A stretch of DNA of 62,524 bases, counting the filler, from Spirochaetales bacterium (GTDB taxonomy: Bacteria > Spirochaetota > Spirochaetia > Treponematales > UBA12059), in NCBI GenBank assembly GCA_016928955.1. It is 5 parts of 5 records of this genome, joined end to end, with 100 filler letters (N's around TTAATTAATTAA, not from the genome) between each part and the next. Parts side by side here need not be neighbours in the genome. Positions count along the whole stretch, not along the records: positions 1 to 21,210 come from JAFGJV010000006.1; 4 more parts are not named here. One strand, 5' to 3'. Positions 1-8,685 of the stretch are shown here, piece after piece (position 1 is the first letter of the stretch; each line of letters opens with the position of its first letter). The notes below the pieces were generated by a model. The model made no database searches, had not been told where the DNA came from, and saw only the letters and a list, made by a program, of their open reading frames with translations. A program made the position numbers and the translations under genes.

Positions 1-14
1 CGGCCGAAAACGCA

Positions 15-52
15 GGGAACCTCTAATAACCATGGGGTTTTTAGAGGTTCCC
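15..52. repeat. REP-like palindrome, copy 1 (GGGAACCTCTAA...TTAGAGGTTCCC)
   Basis: 12-bp perfect inverted arms; related copies at ~7835, ~22684 and ~44121. Confidence 0.7.
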
Positions 53-57
53 CGTAC

Positions 58-90
58 ACAGCCCCGCCGCAAGGCGGGGTTGTTTTTATT
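58..90 (+). terminator. Rho-independent terminator-like hairpin
   Basis: ACAGCCCCGCC-GCAA-GGCGGGGTTGT followed by a T-rich tract. Confidence 0.6.
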
Positions 91-169
91 ACAGGCCCAT
101 GCCGCCGGGTCACGAAAAGCTCGCGCGCCGCAGGCGCGTACGAAGCGGCGGCTGGCTGCCGCGCGGCTT

Positions 170-709
170 TTACATATACCAGCGCATGCCCACCTGGCAG
201 GAAAAGCCGTTCAGGTACAGGGTCGAGGGCGTCTGCTCCTCCGACGTGGCCCCGGAACCGTTGGTGCCCAGCTCTATCCAGTAGCACAGGCCGCTGTCGT
301 CGTTGCCCAGGGGCAGGAAAAACTCAAAGCCAAAGGCTCCCCATCCTCCGAGCGCGTATGCTTTGGCCGACAAGCTGGCATGCGGTATGGCAACTACCAC
401 GCCGCCTACGCCATAAAGCCTGACGACGCCTGCCGCCAGCGGCGCAAAGCCCGCCAGCCCGACCCTGAAAGCCGGATACGGCGCCAGTATCTCCGCTCCG
501 CCGTCGATGACCGGGCTCAGGACGAGCATGCCCTCAGCCCTGACGGCCGCGGCGTTGAAAACAAGCGGAGACTGGATGCCCCCTCCAAAGACCAGGGATC
601 CCGACCACGCCCCGAGCTGTGTCCCCAGGGACAGCCCGTTTGGCGCGGGCTGGGCAACCACGGCGAGCGCGAGCGTCGCCATACCGAGCGCAAGGATCGT
701 TCTTTTCAT
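170..709 (-). CDS. Exported hypothetical protein, possibly a small outer-membrane beta-barrel
   Basis: Start re-called at MKRTILALGMATLALAVVA (signal peptide); amphipathic beta-like segments; aromatic C-terminus GMRWYM. Confidence 0.6.
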   Translation of the reverse strand: MKRTILALGMATLALAVVAQPAPNGLSLGTQLGAWSGSLVFGGGIQSPLVFNAAAVRAEGMLVLSPVIDGGAEILAPYPAFRVGLAGFAPLAAGVVRLYGVGGVVVAIPHASLSAKAYALGGWGAFGFEFFLPLGNDDSGLCYWIELGTNGSGATSEEQTPSTLYLNGFSCQVGMRWYM

Positions 710-779
710 ACACAACCACCTTTCTGATGGCACGCCGGATACCGGCGCGCTCCAGCGAATGCACAGTCTAAAACCAGAT

Positions 780-1109
780 CTATCGGCCGCCGGTGAACTT
801 GGACAACGCCCGGACGTAGGCCGTGAACGCCTGGCGGCCATGGGCAGAGAGCGCGTAATACGTGACCGGCTTCCTGCCAACAAAGGTTTTGCGCATGAGC
901 ACGTACTTGGCGTCCTCAAGCTTGCGCAGGTGCGACGCCAGGTTGCCGTCGCTCGCGCCCACCACATCTCGTAGCCAGGAAAAGTCAGCCTCATCCACGC
1001 CAGCCAGCGCGGCCGTTACCGCCAGCCGTATGCGTGAATGCAGGAGCTCGTCCAGCTGGCTGTACTCAAGCGACGGCCCGGGCTCGTTCCGCGCGTCATC
1101 CCGCGGCAT
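780..1109 (-). CDS. Winged-helix transcriptional regulator (ArsR-like/HTH_34)
   Basis: LHSRIRLAV..DFSWLRD..SDGNLASHLRKLEDAKYV..KTFVGRKPVTYY. Confidence 0.88.
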   Translation of the reverse strand: MPRDDARNEPGPSLEYSQLDELLHSRIRLAVTAALAGVDEADFSWLRDVVGASDGNLASHLRKLEDAKYVLMRKTFVGRKPVTYYALSAHGRQAFTAYVRALSKFTGGR

Positions 1110-1704
1110 GTCCGGCTTCCTTGGCGGCGGAGCGTATCATGGCCAGCCCCGGTAGTATCTCGCAGACCAGAACCAGGACATTGAGCACCAGCACCGGCCA
1201 CAAGCCGGGCACGAGCGCGCACGCGATGCCGCCCGCCCACCATCCAACGGCCAAGAGGCGCATGGTGGGGAATTTCACCGCCTGGGACACGGCCCAATAC
1301 CCAAAACCCAGGAGCACGCACAGCAGGGAAATGTACGCGGTGAACGGAATCATGCCCATGAAGGCCAGAGCCATGGTCAGCGCAAGGCTTATGTACATGC
1401 CTATCCAAACACCCAAGACTATGTTGTCCATGATGCCCCGGGCCCTGCGTTGCCGCCTGGACGAAATCAGGCCGGCAAGCACAATACCCACGACAAAGCC
1501 CACGCCCCATACCACGGGACCTATCCAGGCCAGCCCCGTCAACCTGGCCAGCAGCCAGTGCAGGAAGCTTCCCGCCACGGCCACACAGCCCCACAGCACA
1601 TAAATTTTGCCGTCCTCCACAAAACGCTGGCGGCCCGCGGCCAACATGTCCTCAATGAGAGCGATGCGATCCCCCGCGCCAAGGCTTTCGTCGCCTTCTT
1701 TCAT
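1096..1704 (-). CDS. Multi-pass membrane protein
   Basis: About 6 hydrophobic segments; GGAGG RBS; overlaps the wHTH gene. Confidence 0.8.
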   Translation of the reverse strand: MKEGDESLGAGDRIALIEDMLAAGRQRFVEDGKIYVLWGCVAVAGSFLHWLLARLTGLAWIGPVVWGVGFVVGIVLAGLISSRRQRRARGIMDNIVLGVWIGMYISLALTMALAFMGMIPFTAYISLLCVLLGFGYWAVSQAVKFPTMRLLAVGWWAGGIACALVPGLWPVLVLNVLVLVCEILPGLAMIRSAAKEAGHAAG

Positions 1705-1714
1705 ACAACCTCCA

Positions 1715-1739
1715 GTGTACTTTGCATTACAAAGCTCAC
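1715..1739. promoter_or_regulatory. Putative operator palindrome CTTTG-N5-CAAAG for the wHTH regulator
   Basis: GTGTACTTTGCATTACAAAGCTCAC immediately upstream of the RBS of the operon. Confidence 0.55.
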
Positions 1740-1772
1740 TGTACCACAGTTTAACGGAAAAACAAGCACCCG

Positions 1773-1911
1773 AGCCAATTTTAAAAGTCTGTTACTTCTG
1801 AAATTGGCTTTGCGATTGCTCGCGGTTGTTTGCATATTCCGCAAGCGCTACGCAAATCACGTCTCGCTATGCAGCTCTTTTAAAAACTCGTCCGCCTTTT
1901 GAAAGAGCCGC
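1773..1911. repeat. Composite intergenic hairpin cluster
   Basis: AGCCAATTTTAAAAGT/ACTTCTGAAATTGGCT and GCAGCTCTTTTAAAA/TTTTGAAAGAGCCGC stems. Confidence 0.5.
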
Positions 1912-1996
1912 GCCCACGAAAATTTCCTGCGCGCGCGCTTTGGCAGGGGGCGGGTAGGTCAAGCTACGGGGTGGACAGTCCACGGCCGCAGGTGCG

Positions 1997-2944
1997 CTAG
2001 CTACGGAACAGGCGCCTCACCACCTGCTCGTACTCGGCAGGGGTTTTGGTCTTGCTCACGGCCTTGGCAAGGCCGTCGGAGTCGGGGAAGGCCCGGGCCA
2101 GGTACTGCCACACTTCCTTCATTTTGTCCAACAGGTGGCGCGGGCCGTGCAGGGAGTTCCGGTAACCGTCGTACAGGCGGGCGTGAAATTCCTCCAATGC
2201 GGGAAGGGGCGACCCGGGCAGGCAAAGCCCGCGGATCTTGGCCGGAAGGAAGGGATCCATGAGCACCCCGCGGCCGAGCATCCATGCCTTGATAAAGGGA
2301 AAGCGGCTGGACAAGGCGACCATGTCTTCCTTTTGTCGCACATCTCCGCTGAACACCAGCGTCGCCCTGAGGCCGGGAGCTATGGCGGCAAAGGCGTCCA
2401 GGTCGGGAAGGCCGCCGTACATCTGGCTGGCCAGCCTGGGATGCACCGTTACCGACGCCAGGGGATAGCGGTTGAGCACGGGCACCAGGGCGGCCAGCTC
2501 GTCGGGGCTTTTCAAGCCCAGGCGCAGTTTGACCGACACGGCCATGCCAGCGCGCATTCCCGCCCCTGCCATGGCGTCCAGGCAGGGTTCAACCAGTTCG
2601 GGGTGGGGAAGAAGCCCGGCGCCCCGCTTCTTCCGCGTCACCATGGGATAGGGACAGCCCAGGTTCCAGTTGACCTCGTCGTAGCCGAGCGCCGCGAGCG
2701 CGCCCATGGTGGACGCAAGGCTCCCGGGGTCGTTGCCCATGAGCTGGGGCACCAGCCTGGGCACGGCAGGGTCGCTGGGCACAAGGTCTTTATAGTGGCT
2801 TGGCCTGGCATCGGCGGCGTCCGGAATGGCCGCTATGAAGGGCGCTACCGCCTCGTCAAGGCCGGGGAAAACGGAAAACAGCGCATGCCGGAACACACGC
2901 CCCGTGATGCCGTGCAAGGGCGCCAGAACAAGCCGGGTCGTCAT
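1997..2944 (-). CDS. dus: tRNA-dihydrouridine synthase family protein
   Basis: LAPLHG, QLMGND, NWNLGCP, VSVKLRLG, TVHPR, WMLGRG motifs. Confidence 0.9.
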   Translation of the reverse strand: MTTRLVLAPLHGITGRVFRHALFSVFPGLDEAVAPFIAAIPDAADARPSHYKDLVPSDPAVPRLVPQLMGNDPGSLASTMGALAALGYDEVNWNLGCPYPMVTRKKRGAGLLPHPELVEPCLDAMAGAGMRAGMAVSVKLRLGLKSPDELAALVPVLNRYPLASVTVHPRLASQMYGGLPDLDAFAAIAPGLRATLVFSGDVRQKEDMVALSSRFPFIKAWMLGRGVLMDPFLPAKIRGLCLPGSPLPALEEFHARLYDGYRNSLHGPRHLLDKMKEVWQYLARAFPDSDGLAKAVSKTKTPAEYEQVVRRLFRS

Positions 2945-3019
2945 GGACTATGCATACACCGGCCCGGCCGCCCGGCGCAAGCTCTTGCAAGGCGTCGCGA
3001 TGGCGGACACAATGCGGGC

Positions 3020-4192
3020 ATGACCCTGGATATCCTGTGCAAGGTGGTGGACAACTATGGCGACGCGGGCGTGGTGTACCGGCTGGCGCGGGCCCTGTCC
3101 GACATCGATCCCGGTGTCCGGTTGCGGATTGTGGTGGACGGGCTGGACAGCTTTGCGGCCCTGGCGCCCGGGCTGAACCCCCAAGCGGACGTGCAGACAT
3201 ATCGGGGCTGGACCGTGCTGCGCTGGAACCACCGGTGGGACGGTTTTGTGGCCGAGCCACCCTGCCTGGTCCTGGAATGCTTTGCCTGCGGCCGCCCCGA
3301 TTTTTTTGAGGAGCGGCTTTTTGACCCGGCGCGGACGGAGCGGCGCGTGGTCGTCAATGTGGAGCACCTGAGCGCGGAGGATTGGGTGGACGAGCTCCAT
3401 CTCATGCCCTCGGCAACGCGTTCGGCCCTGGTGGAAAAATTCCTTTTTATGCCCGGGTTCACGCCCGCCTCGGGCGGCCTCATCCTGGACCGGGACTTCA
3501 TCAAGGCCAAGCGTCTGTGGGACGCAGCCCGTTCCGGTGGTCTGGACGCCCTGGCCCAGGCCAGAACGGATCTGGCCGGACGCCTGGGCCTGCTCCTGGA
3601 ACCCGGCTGGGCAGGCCTGACCTGGCTGACCGTGTTCAGCTACGAGCGTGACTACCGCTTGTCGGCGGCCGCACTGGCCGCGCTGTCGTCACGGTCGCCC
3701 GTGCTGGCCCTGGTAGCCCCCGGGCGCTCGTCACAGCCCTTCCTGGACGCATGGGAAGCCGCCGGCCGCCCCTTTCCGGCCCTGCCCCTGCCCTTCCTGC
3801 CCCAGGAAGACTGGGACCAGCTCATTCTGGCCGGCGACATCAACATAGTCCGGGGTGAGGAGAGCCTGGCGCGGGCCGCCCTTGCCGGCCGTCCCTTCAT
3901 CTGGCACGCCTACCTCCAGGACGGAGGCCACCACCAGGTCAAGGTGCAAGCTCTGGCAGAACGCCTGGCGGCTTTTTTTGAGCCGGCCGACCGGGCCACC
4001 CTGGTCCGCTGTTTCCTGGACTTCAACGAGCGCGAGCGTGACGCCCCCGACCAGGGCGGCGGAGAGGACATGGCAGCCTTTCTGGACCTGGCCCTGGGCA
4101 AGCGGGACGCATTTTCGTCGTTTGGCCTGAGCCTGGAACAAAACGGCGATCTGGCCGCGCACCTGATGACACGCTTACGCAAAATAATGTAG
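3020..4192 (+). CDS. earP: EF-P arginine rhamnosyltransferase EarP
   Basis: MTLDILCKVVDNYGDAGVVYRLARAL, NVEHLSAEDWV, KFLFMPGF..GGL, IVRGEES..RA..AGRPFIWHAYLQ; directly upstream of efp. Confidence 0.93.
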   Translation: MTLDILCKVVDNYGDAGVVYRLARALSDIDPGVRLRIVVDGLDSFAALAPGLNPQADVQTYRGWTVLRWNHRWDGFVAEPPCLVLECFACGRPDFFEERLFDPARTERRVVVNVEHLSAEDWVDELHLMPSATRSALVEKFLFMPGFTPASGGLILDRDFIKAKRLWDAARSGGLDALAQARTDLAGRLGLLLEPGWAGLTWLTVFSYERDYRLSAAALAALSSRSPVLALVAPGRSSQPFLDAWEAAGRPFPALPLPFLPQEDWDQLILAGDINIVRGEESLARAALAGRPFIWHAYLQDGGHHQVKVQALAERLAAFFEPADRATLVRCFLDFNERERDAPDQGGGEDMAAFLDLALGKRDAFSSFGLSLEQNGDLAAHLMTRLRKIM

Positions 4193-4270
4193 AATACCGC
4201 ACCGAAACGGCACATTCGGGCGGACGCCGCCGGCGTCCTTCCCAGACTTCCATTGTATGAGGGTACAGAC

Positions 4271-4834
4271 ATGCTCATGACTTCAGATATCCGCGTTGGC
4301 ACCGTGTTCAAGGCCGGCGGCGACGTGGTGGCGGTTCAGCGCCTCCTTGGCATCAAGGGCGGCCGCAACGGCCAGGTAAAGCGCATGCGCGTCAAGAACA
4401 TCCTGACCGGCCAGACATCCGAGCTTGGCCTGGACATGGGCGAGAAGTTCGAGGACGTACAGCTGGACTACCACAAGATGAAGCTGTCCTACATCGACGG
4501 CGACACCTGGGTGTTCATGGATCAGGAAAGCTTCGAGCAGTACGAGCTGTCCAAGGACGATCTTGGCGACAACGCCGGCTACCTGACGCCGGAAGACGAC
4601 TTCGAGGTGGAAGTTGCGTTCTACGAGGGCAAGCCCGTGAGCGTGACCCTGCCCACGTCCATTGTGCGCACCATCACCTACTGCGAGCCCGGCGTCAAGG
4701 GCGATACCTCGGGCAAGACCTTCAAGCCCGCCACCCTGGACACGGGCATCGAGGTGTCCGTGCCCCTGTTCTGCGACATCGGCACCAAGATCAAGCTGGA
4801 CACCCGGGACGGCAGCTTCCAAGAGCGCGCTTAA
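4271..4834 (+). CDS. efp: Elongation factor P (Arg32 type)
   Basis: KNILTG, FMDQESFEQ, PGVKGDT..KPATLDTG..VPLF..G.KIKLDTR; loop KGGR32NG. Confidence 0.96.
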   Translation: MLMTSDIRVGTVFKAGGDVVAVQRLLGIKGGRNGQVKRMRVKNILTGQTSELGLDMGEKFEDVQLDYHKMKLSYIDGDTWVFMDQESFEQYELSKDDLGDNAGYLTPEDDFEVEVAFYEGKPVSVTLPTSIVRTITYCEPGVKGDTSGKTFKPATLDTGIEVSVPLFCDIGTKIKLDTRDGSFQERA

Positions 4835-4854
4835 GGTTCCCGCCGGTCATGAAT

Positions 4855-4887
4855 AAGGCCGCCCCAGCCGGGCGGCCTCTTTTTTTT
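4855..4887 (+). terminator. Rho-independent terminator after efp
   Basis: AGGCCGCCC-CAGCC-GGGCGGCCT followed by a T run. Confidence 0.75.
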
Positions 4888-4907
4888 CGCGCGGACGCGC
4901 TGGGCCT

Positions 4908-5876
4908 TTAGAACGAGAAGGTGCCGCCCTCGTCAAAGTCCAGGGCCACCGGGTCCTTGCGTATGGAATCCGGCAGTTTGATGCTGGCCGAGCCGAGCAC
5001 CTGGAACGAGCCCTTCTTGGCCTTTAAGAGCGAACGTATGTTCTTGGACAGCTGTTTGGAGCTGAAGGTGTTGACCACGGTGACAAAAATTTTCTGTCCC
5101 TCGCGCCGCACGTCCGAGCTCTCGCCCACCACCAGGCGCTCGCCGTTGATGATGAGCTCGTAGCCGAGGGCGTTGAAGGCCAGGGGGCCTTTGGCGTCGT
5201 TCCCGATCTCTATGGTAAAGCTGACGCGTATGGGCACATCCAGCTCAGAAGGGTCGATGACGGGCGACGAGGGCGTCTTGCCGGCAAGGATGTCGGCAAA
5301 GGCGGCCATGGCTTTGTTGCTGTCTACCTGCTTGCCGGCCTTGGCCGCGGCCTGGGCAATCTCCTTGGCGCTCGGCGGCGTCACCTTGAAGCCCTTGATG
5401 GCCAGGGTCGGCTTGATGGCGGGAATCTGCTTTTCCAGCTTGTAGCTGAAGGATATGTCCGCCGGCAAGCCCGGGATTCTGGGCAGGGGTATGGACAGCT
5501 TGCCGTTGACCACCGTGTTGAGCCAGTCCTTGCTGGCGTAGTTCTTGACCAGCTTGATGATGGAATCGTAGGGCAGGGTCACCGTAAACCTGTTGGCCTT
5601 GGTGCCCATGGCGGGCACGGCAAAGCCCCCGGCGCTGGCCGTGGAAAACACCTTTGCGCCTTCCACGGAAAAGTCCAGGGTCAGGCCCGAAAACTTCAGG
5701 CCCAGGGGATAGGGATTCTTGACCGACAGCTCGAAGAGGAAGGTCACGTCCCGGAGGCTTATGGCCTCTATCTGGAATTTTGTGATCTCCGCGCTTGGCT
5801 TGGCAAAGGACTGGGCCCCCGCGCCAAGTCCCGCGGCCACCAGGGCAAGAATCAGGGCGACACGTTTTGTTGTCAT
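4908..5876 (-). CDS. Exported protein with tandem LEA type 2 (WHy)-like domains
   Basis: Signal peptide; FELSVKNPYPLGLKFSGLTLDFSVEG and a second similar unit. Confidence 0.75.
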   Translation of the reverse strand: MTTKRVALILALVAAGLGAGAQSFAKPSAEITKFQIEAISLRDVTFLFELSVKNPYPLGLKFSGLTLDFSVEGAKVFSTASAGGFAVPAMGTKANRFTVTLPYDSIIKLVKNYASKDWLNTVVNGKLSIPLPRIPGLPADISFSYKLEKQIPAIKPTLAIKGFKVTPPSAKEIAQAAAKAGKQVDSNKAMAAFADILAGKTPSSPVIDPSELDVPIRVSFTIEIGNDAKGPLAFNALGYELIINGERLVVGESSDVRREGQKIFVTVVNTFSSKQLSKNIRSLLKAKKGSFQVLGSASIKLPDSIRKDPVALDFDEGGTFSF

Positions 5877-5966
5877 GCGTTCCTCCAAAGCTGCTTGGCT
5901 GAATCCGGGAAGCGCCCGGGATCATCTAGGGAGCTCTCCCCGTAGTATACGGCAAAATCAGGCCAC

Positions 5967-6845
5967 TTACAGCCGCGTCCCTTCCGCCGAGCGCCTAAGG
6001 TAGGCGTCGTAGATATCATGGACGGCCAGCGCGAAGGGGGGCACCCCGAGCTCCGTCCGCCTGCCGTCCCGCTCAAGCACGGCCCTGACGGGCAGCACCC
6101 TGATGGACGTGCCTGTCAGGAACAGCGTATACGCCCCGGACCTGAGCTCGGACGCTAGAAGCGGCCGCTCCATGGTAGCCACGCCCTTGTCTGCGCAGGC
6201 GGCCAAGAGCGTCCTCCGCGTCACCCCTTCTAGCACGTCGGTGGCCGGGGGCGTCCACAGGGGACCTCTATAGTCGGCGGGGGCGTCGGCGGGGGCGTAA
6301 AAAATGTTCGTGCGCGACCCCTCGGTGAGTTCTCCCCGCCCGTTTTCCAGTATGGCGTCCCAGGCGCCGGCAGCCTCGGCTTCAGCATGGGCCAGGGACT
6401 GCATGAGTACGGACAGGCTTTTGGCCTTGGGATACTGGCGCTGGCCCGGGTATATGAGGCAATCGACGCCGTCCTTCGGGGCGCTTTCAGGCACGGCCGG
6501 AGGCGCCACGCAGTAGGCGTACCAGTCAGCGTCCCGTCCCGCCCTGGCCGCCAGGATGATCTTCAGGTTGCAGTCGGCGGACTTGTTGGCCTCTGCCAGC
6601 CTGGCCAGGGCCGGGGCAAGGAACCCGGCGCGCAGGCTGTGCCGCATGCCCAGCACGGCCGCCGAGGTGAACAGGCGCTCTTCGTGGAAAGCCGGAAAAT
6701 ACAGGGTGCCCGAGCGCAGTTTAAGGGTTTCGTAACAGCCCAGGCCGTGGGTAAGCACCTCGTCGTCCAGGGCCACAACCGCGCGCTCTACGGACTCAAG
6801 TTGCCCGTTGATGAGGAAATACGGACCAAGCACGAGCGCCTCCAT
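5967..6845 (-). CDS. Aminotransferase class IV (PLP-dependent; BCAT/ADC-lyase family)
   Basis: GLGCYETLK, HEERL, AKSLS, ELTEGSRTNIF, LEGVTR, GTS. Confidence 0.88.
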   Translation of the reverse strand: MEALVLGPYFLINGQLESVERAVVALDDEVLTHGLGCYETLKLRSGTLYFPAFHEERLFTSAAVLGMRHSLRAGFLAPALARLAEANKSADCNLKIILAARAGRDADWYAYCVAPPAVPESAPKDGVDCLIYPGQRQYPKAKSLSVLMQSLAHAEAEAAGAWDAILENGRGELTEGSRTNIFYAPADAPADYRGPLWTPPATDVLEGVTRRTLLAACADKGVATMERPLLASELRSGAYTLFLTGTSIRVLPVRAVLERDGRRTELGVPPFALAVHDIYDAYLRRSAEGTRL

Positions 6846-6904
6846 GGCGGCCTTCCAGTGGCCGCCATCCAGCTTAGCGCTACTTCAGCCGATGCTCAAG
6901 GCGT

Positions 6905-7648
6905 TCAGTTGCTGTATTTCTTGATGATGGCGTCGTACGTGCCGTTCTTCTTGATGGCAGCCAGGCCTGCGTTAAAGTCCTTGGCGTGCTGGGGATTCAG
7001 GAAGGCCACGCGGTATTCCGTGGGCGGGAACACACGGTATTCCACCACTTCCTGCTTGGCATCCACCCCGGTGGACGGAGCCTTGATAAAATAGCGGAGT
7101 ATTCGCGACTCGCCCACCACCACGTCAATGCGGCCGGCGAACAAGAGCTTGATCTGGGTGATCTGTTCGGCCTCTTCCATGTAGTTGGGACTGGCCTCTG
7201 CGGCCGTCTTGAAATCCGCCCCGAGCACGTTTTTGGCGTTCCCGAAGGCCATGATGCTGTATTTCTTCAGGTCCAGCACCGTGGCAACCTGCAGCTGGCG
7301 CGCCTTCATGGCCATGGCCACGTTGTTGTACACCAGGTACACGTCCGACATGGTCGCGTTGGGTATGTTGTGGACGGGCAGGAGAGGCGCGGCCGCCTGC
7401 AGGGTGCCCGTTTTCATGGTCTCGATCAGGCGGGCCAGAGGGTACATCACCGGCTTGACCGTGTGGCCCTTGTACGCCAGGGCCGCCACGATGATGTCGT
7501 ATTCCATGCCCGAGGGTGCCTTGCCCGCGTTTTCCATGACGTACGGGGGCACGGGCCGGAAACCAAAGAGAATTTCGTCGGCAGCCGCTCCCTGGAGCGC
7601 CACCAGGCTCAGTACCAGAACGATCGCCAGAGTCATCATACGTTTCAT
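6905..7648 (-). CDS. Family 3 solute-binding protein
   Basis: Signal peptide; PPY, GMEYDI, LFAGRIDVVV, FNAGLAAIKKNGTYDAIIKKY. Confidence 0.88.
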   Translation of the reverse strand: MKRMMTLAIVLVLSLVALQGAAADEILFGFRPVPPYVMENAGKAPSGMEYDIIVAALAYKGHTVKPVMYPLARLIETMKTGTLQAAAPLLPVHNIPNATMSDVYLVYNNVAMAMKARQLQVATVLDLKKYSIMAFGNAKNVLGADFKTAAEASPNYMEEAEQITQIKLLFAGRIDVVVGESRILRYFIKAPSTGVDAKQEVVEYRVFPPTEYRVAFLNPQHAKDFNAGLAAIKKNGTYDAIIKKYSN

Positions 7649-7834
7649 ACTGCCCTCCCTGCGGCCGCGTGGCCGCCATGACCTTGGACCGGAACCAAAC
7701 TCTTACCGGTCAGCCCCCAGGGCCGCCGGTTATAAAAAGTTTAGTGCCCACCCGGGCCGCAAGCAAGGCCGCCGCGCGGGGTGGATTCCGGGCAATGGCA
7801 GGCATTGTTGATAATTCAGGCAACGGAGACGACA

Positions 7835-7881
7835 CTATAGGAAACCCTCTAAAAACTGCAGTTTTTGGAGGCTCCCTATAG
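7835..7881. repeat. REP-like palindrome, copy 2
   Basis: CTATAGGAAACCCTCTAAAAACTGCAGTTTTTGGAGGCTCCCTATAG. Confidence 0.65.
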
Positions 7882-7902
7882 ACGGGGGAGAGGAGGAAAA
7901 CC

Positions 7903-8640
7903 ATGCGCGGATACAGCGTGCTCGCCGCGGGGGCCATGGCCGTGCTGCTGTCCGGCCAGGCCCTATGCCAGGAAATCATCGTTGGCGGTTTCCCGTCCAG
8001 CATGCCCTACTCTCTCACCGTCCGCGATGAAGGCCAACCCGACCGGGTCACGGGCGGGATCATCAAGGACATAGCGGATGAACTGTCCCGCAGGACGGGT
8101 CTATCGTTCAGGTTTGTGTTCTTGCCCAGGAAGAGGATGGAGGCAGAAATCGCGTCCGGCGGGCTCGATATCATAGCCATGGGCAACCCGGCGTGGGTGC
8201 GCGATCCGGAAACACTCCTGTGGTCGGCCGCTGTGTTCGAAGAGCGCATGTTCTTCCTTACCCTGCGGTCCTTTGGCCTGGCCATAGACGGTCCCGCCCG
8301 CCTTTCAGGCCTGACCATAGGCATGCGCGACGGGTATGTGTTCCCGGAACTGGACGGGGTGAGCGGCTACCTGCGCGACGACGCAGTCACCATGGCCCGG
8401 AACATAGCCCGCCTGCAGGCCGGCTGGATAGACGCCGTCTACGGTTCGGAGCTGGACGCCCTCTACCAAGCCAAGGAAGCCGGCATCCAGTACACCGTGC
8501 ATCCCTGGTCGCCCGCGTCATCCGAGTACCATTGGGCGGTGTCCAGGCGCCTGGGCGAGACGGCCGAGCTGATAGTCCGGACGCTGGACGCCATGATCAA
8601 GGACGGAACCATTGAAAAAATCCTGGCCGCGTACCGCTGA
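7903..8640 (+). CDS. Family 3 solute-binding protein
   Basis: Signal peptide; GGIIKDI, LPRKRM, MIKDGTIEKILAAY; AGGAGG RBS. Confidence 0.85.
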   Translation: MRGYSVLAAGAMAVLLSGQALCQEIIVGGFPSSMPYSLTVRDEGQPDRVTGGIIKDIADELSRRTGLSFRFVFLPRKRMEAEIASGGLDIIAMGNPAWVRDPETLLWSAAVFEERMFFLTLRSFGLAIDGPARLSGLTIGMRDGYVFPELDGVSGYLRDDAVTMARNIARLQAGWIDAVYGSELDALYQAKEAGIQYTVHPWSPASSEYHWAVSRRLGETAELIVRTLDAMIKDGTIEKILAAYR

Positions 8641-8685
8641 CCACGAAATGAGCGTATCGCCTTGACCGGACGAACAGGCGGGCGG

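Noticed and set aside
2135..3019. Apparent 295-aa N-terminal extension of EarP in the 685-aa ORF
   Set aside because: It is the antisense frame of dus; EarP homology starts at ATG 3020.
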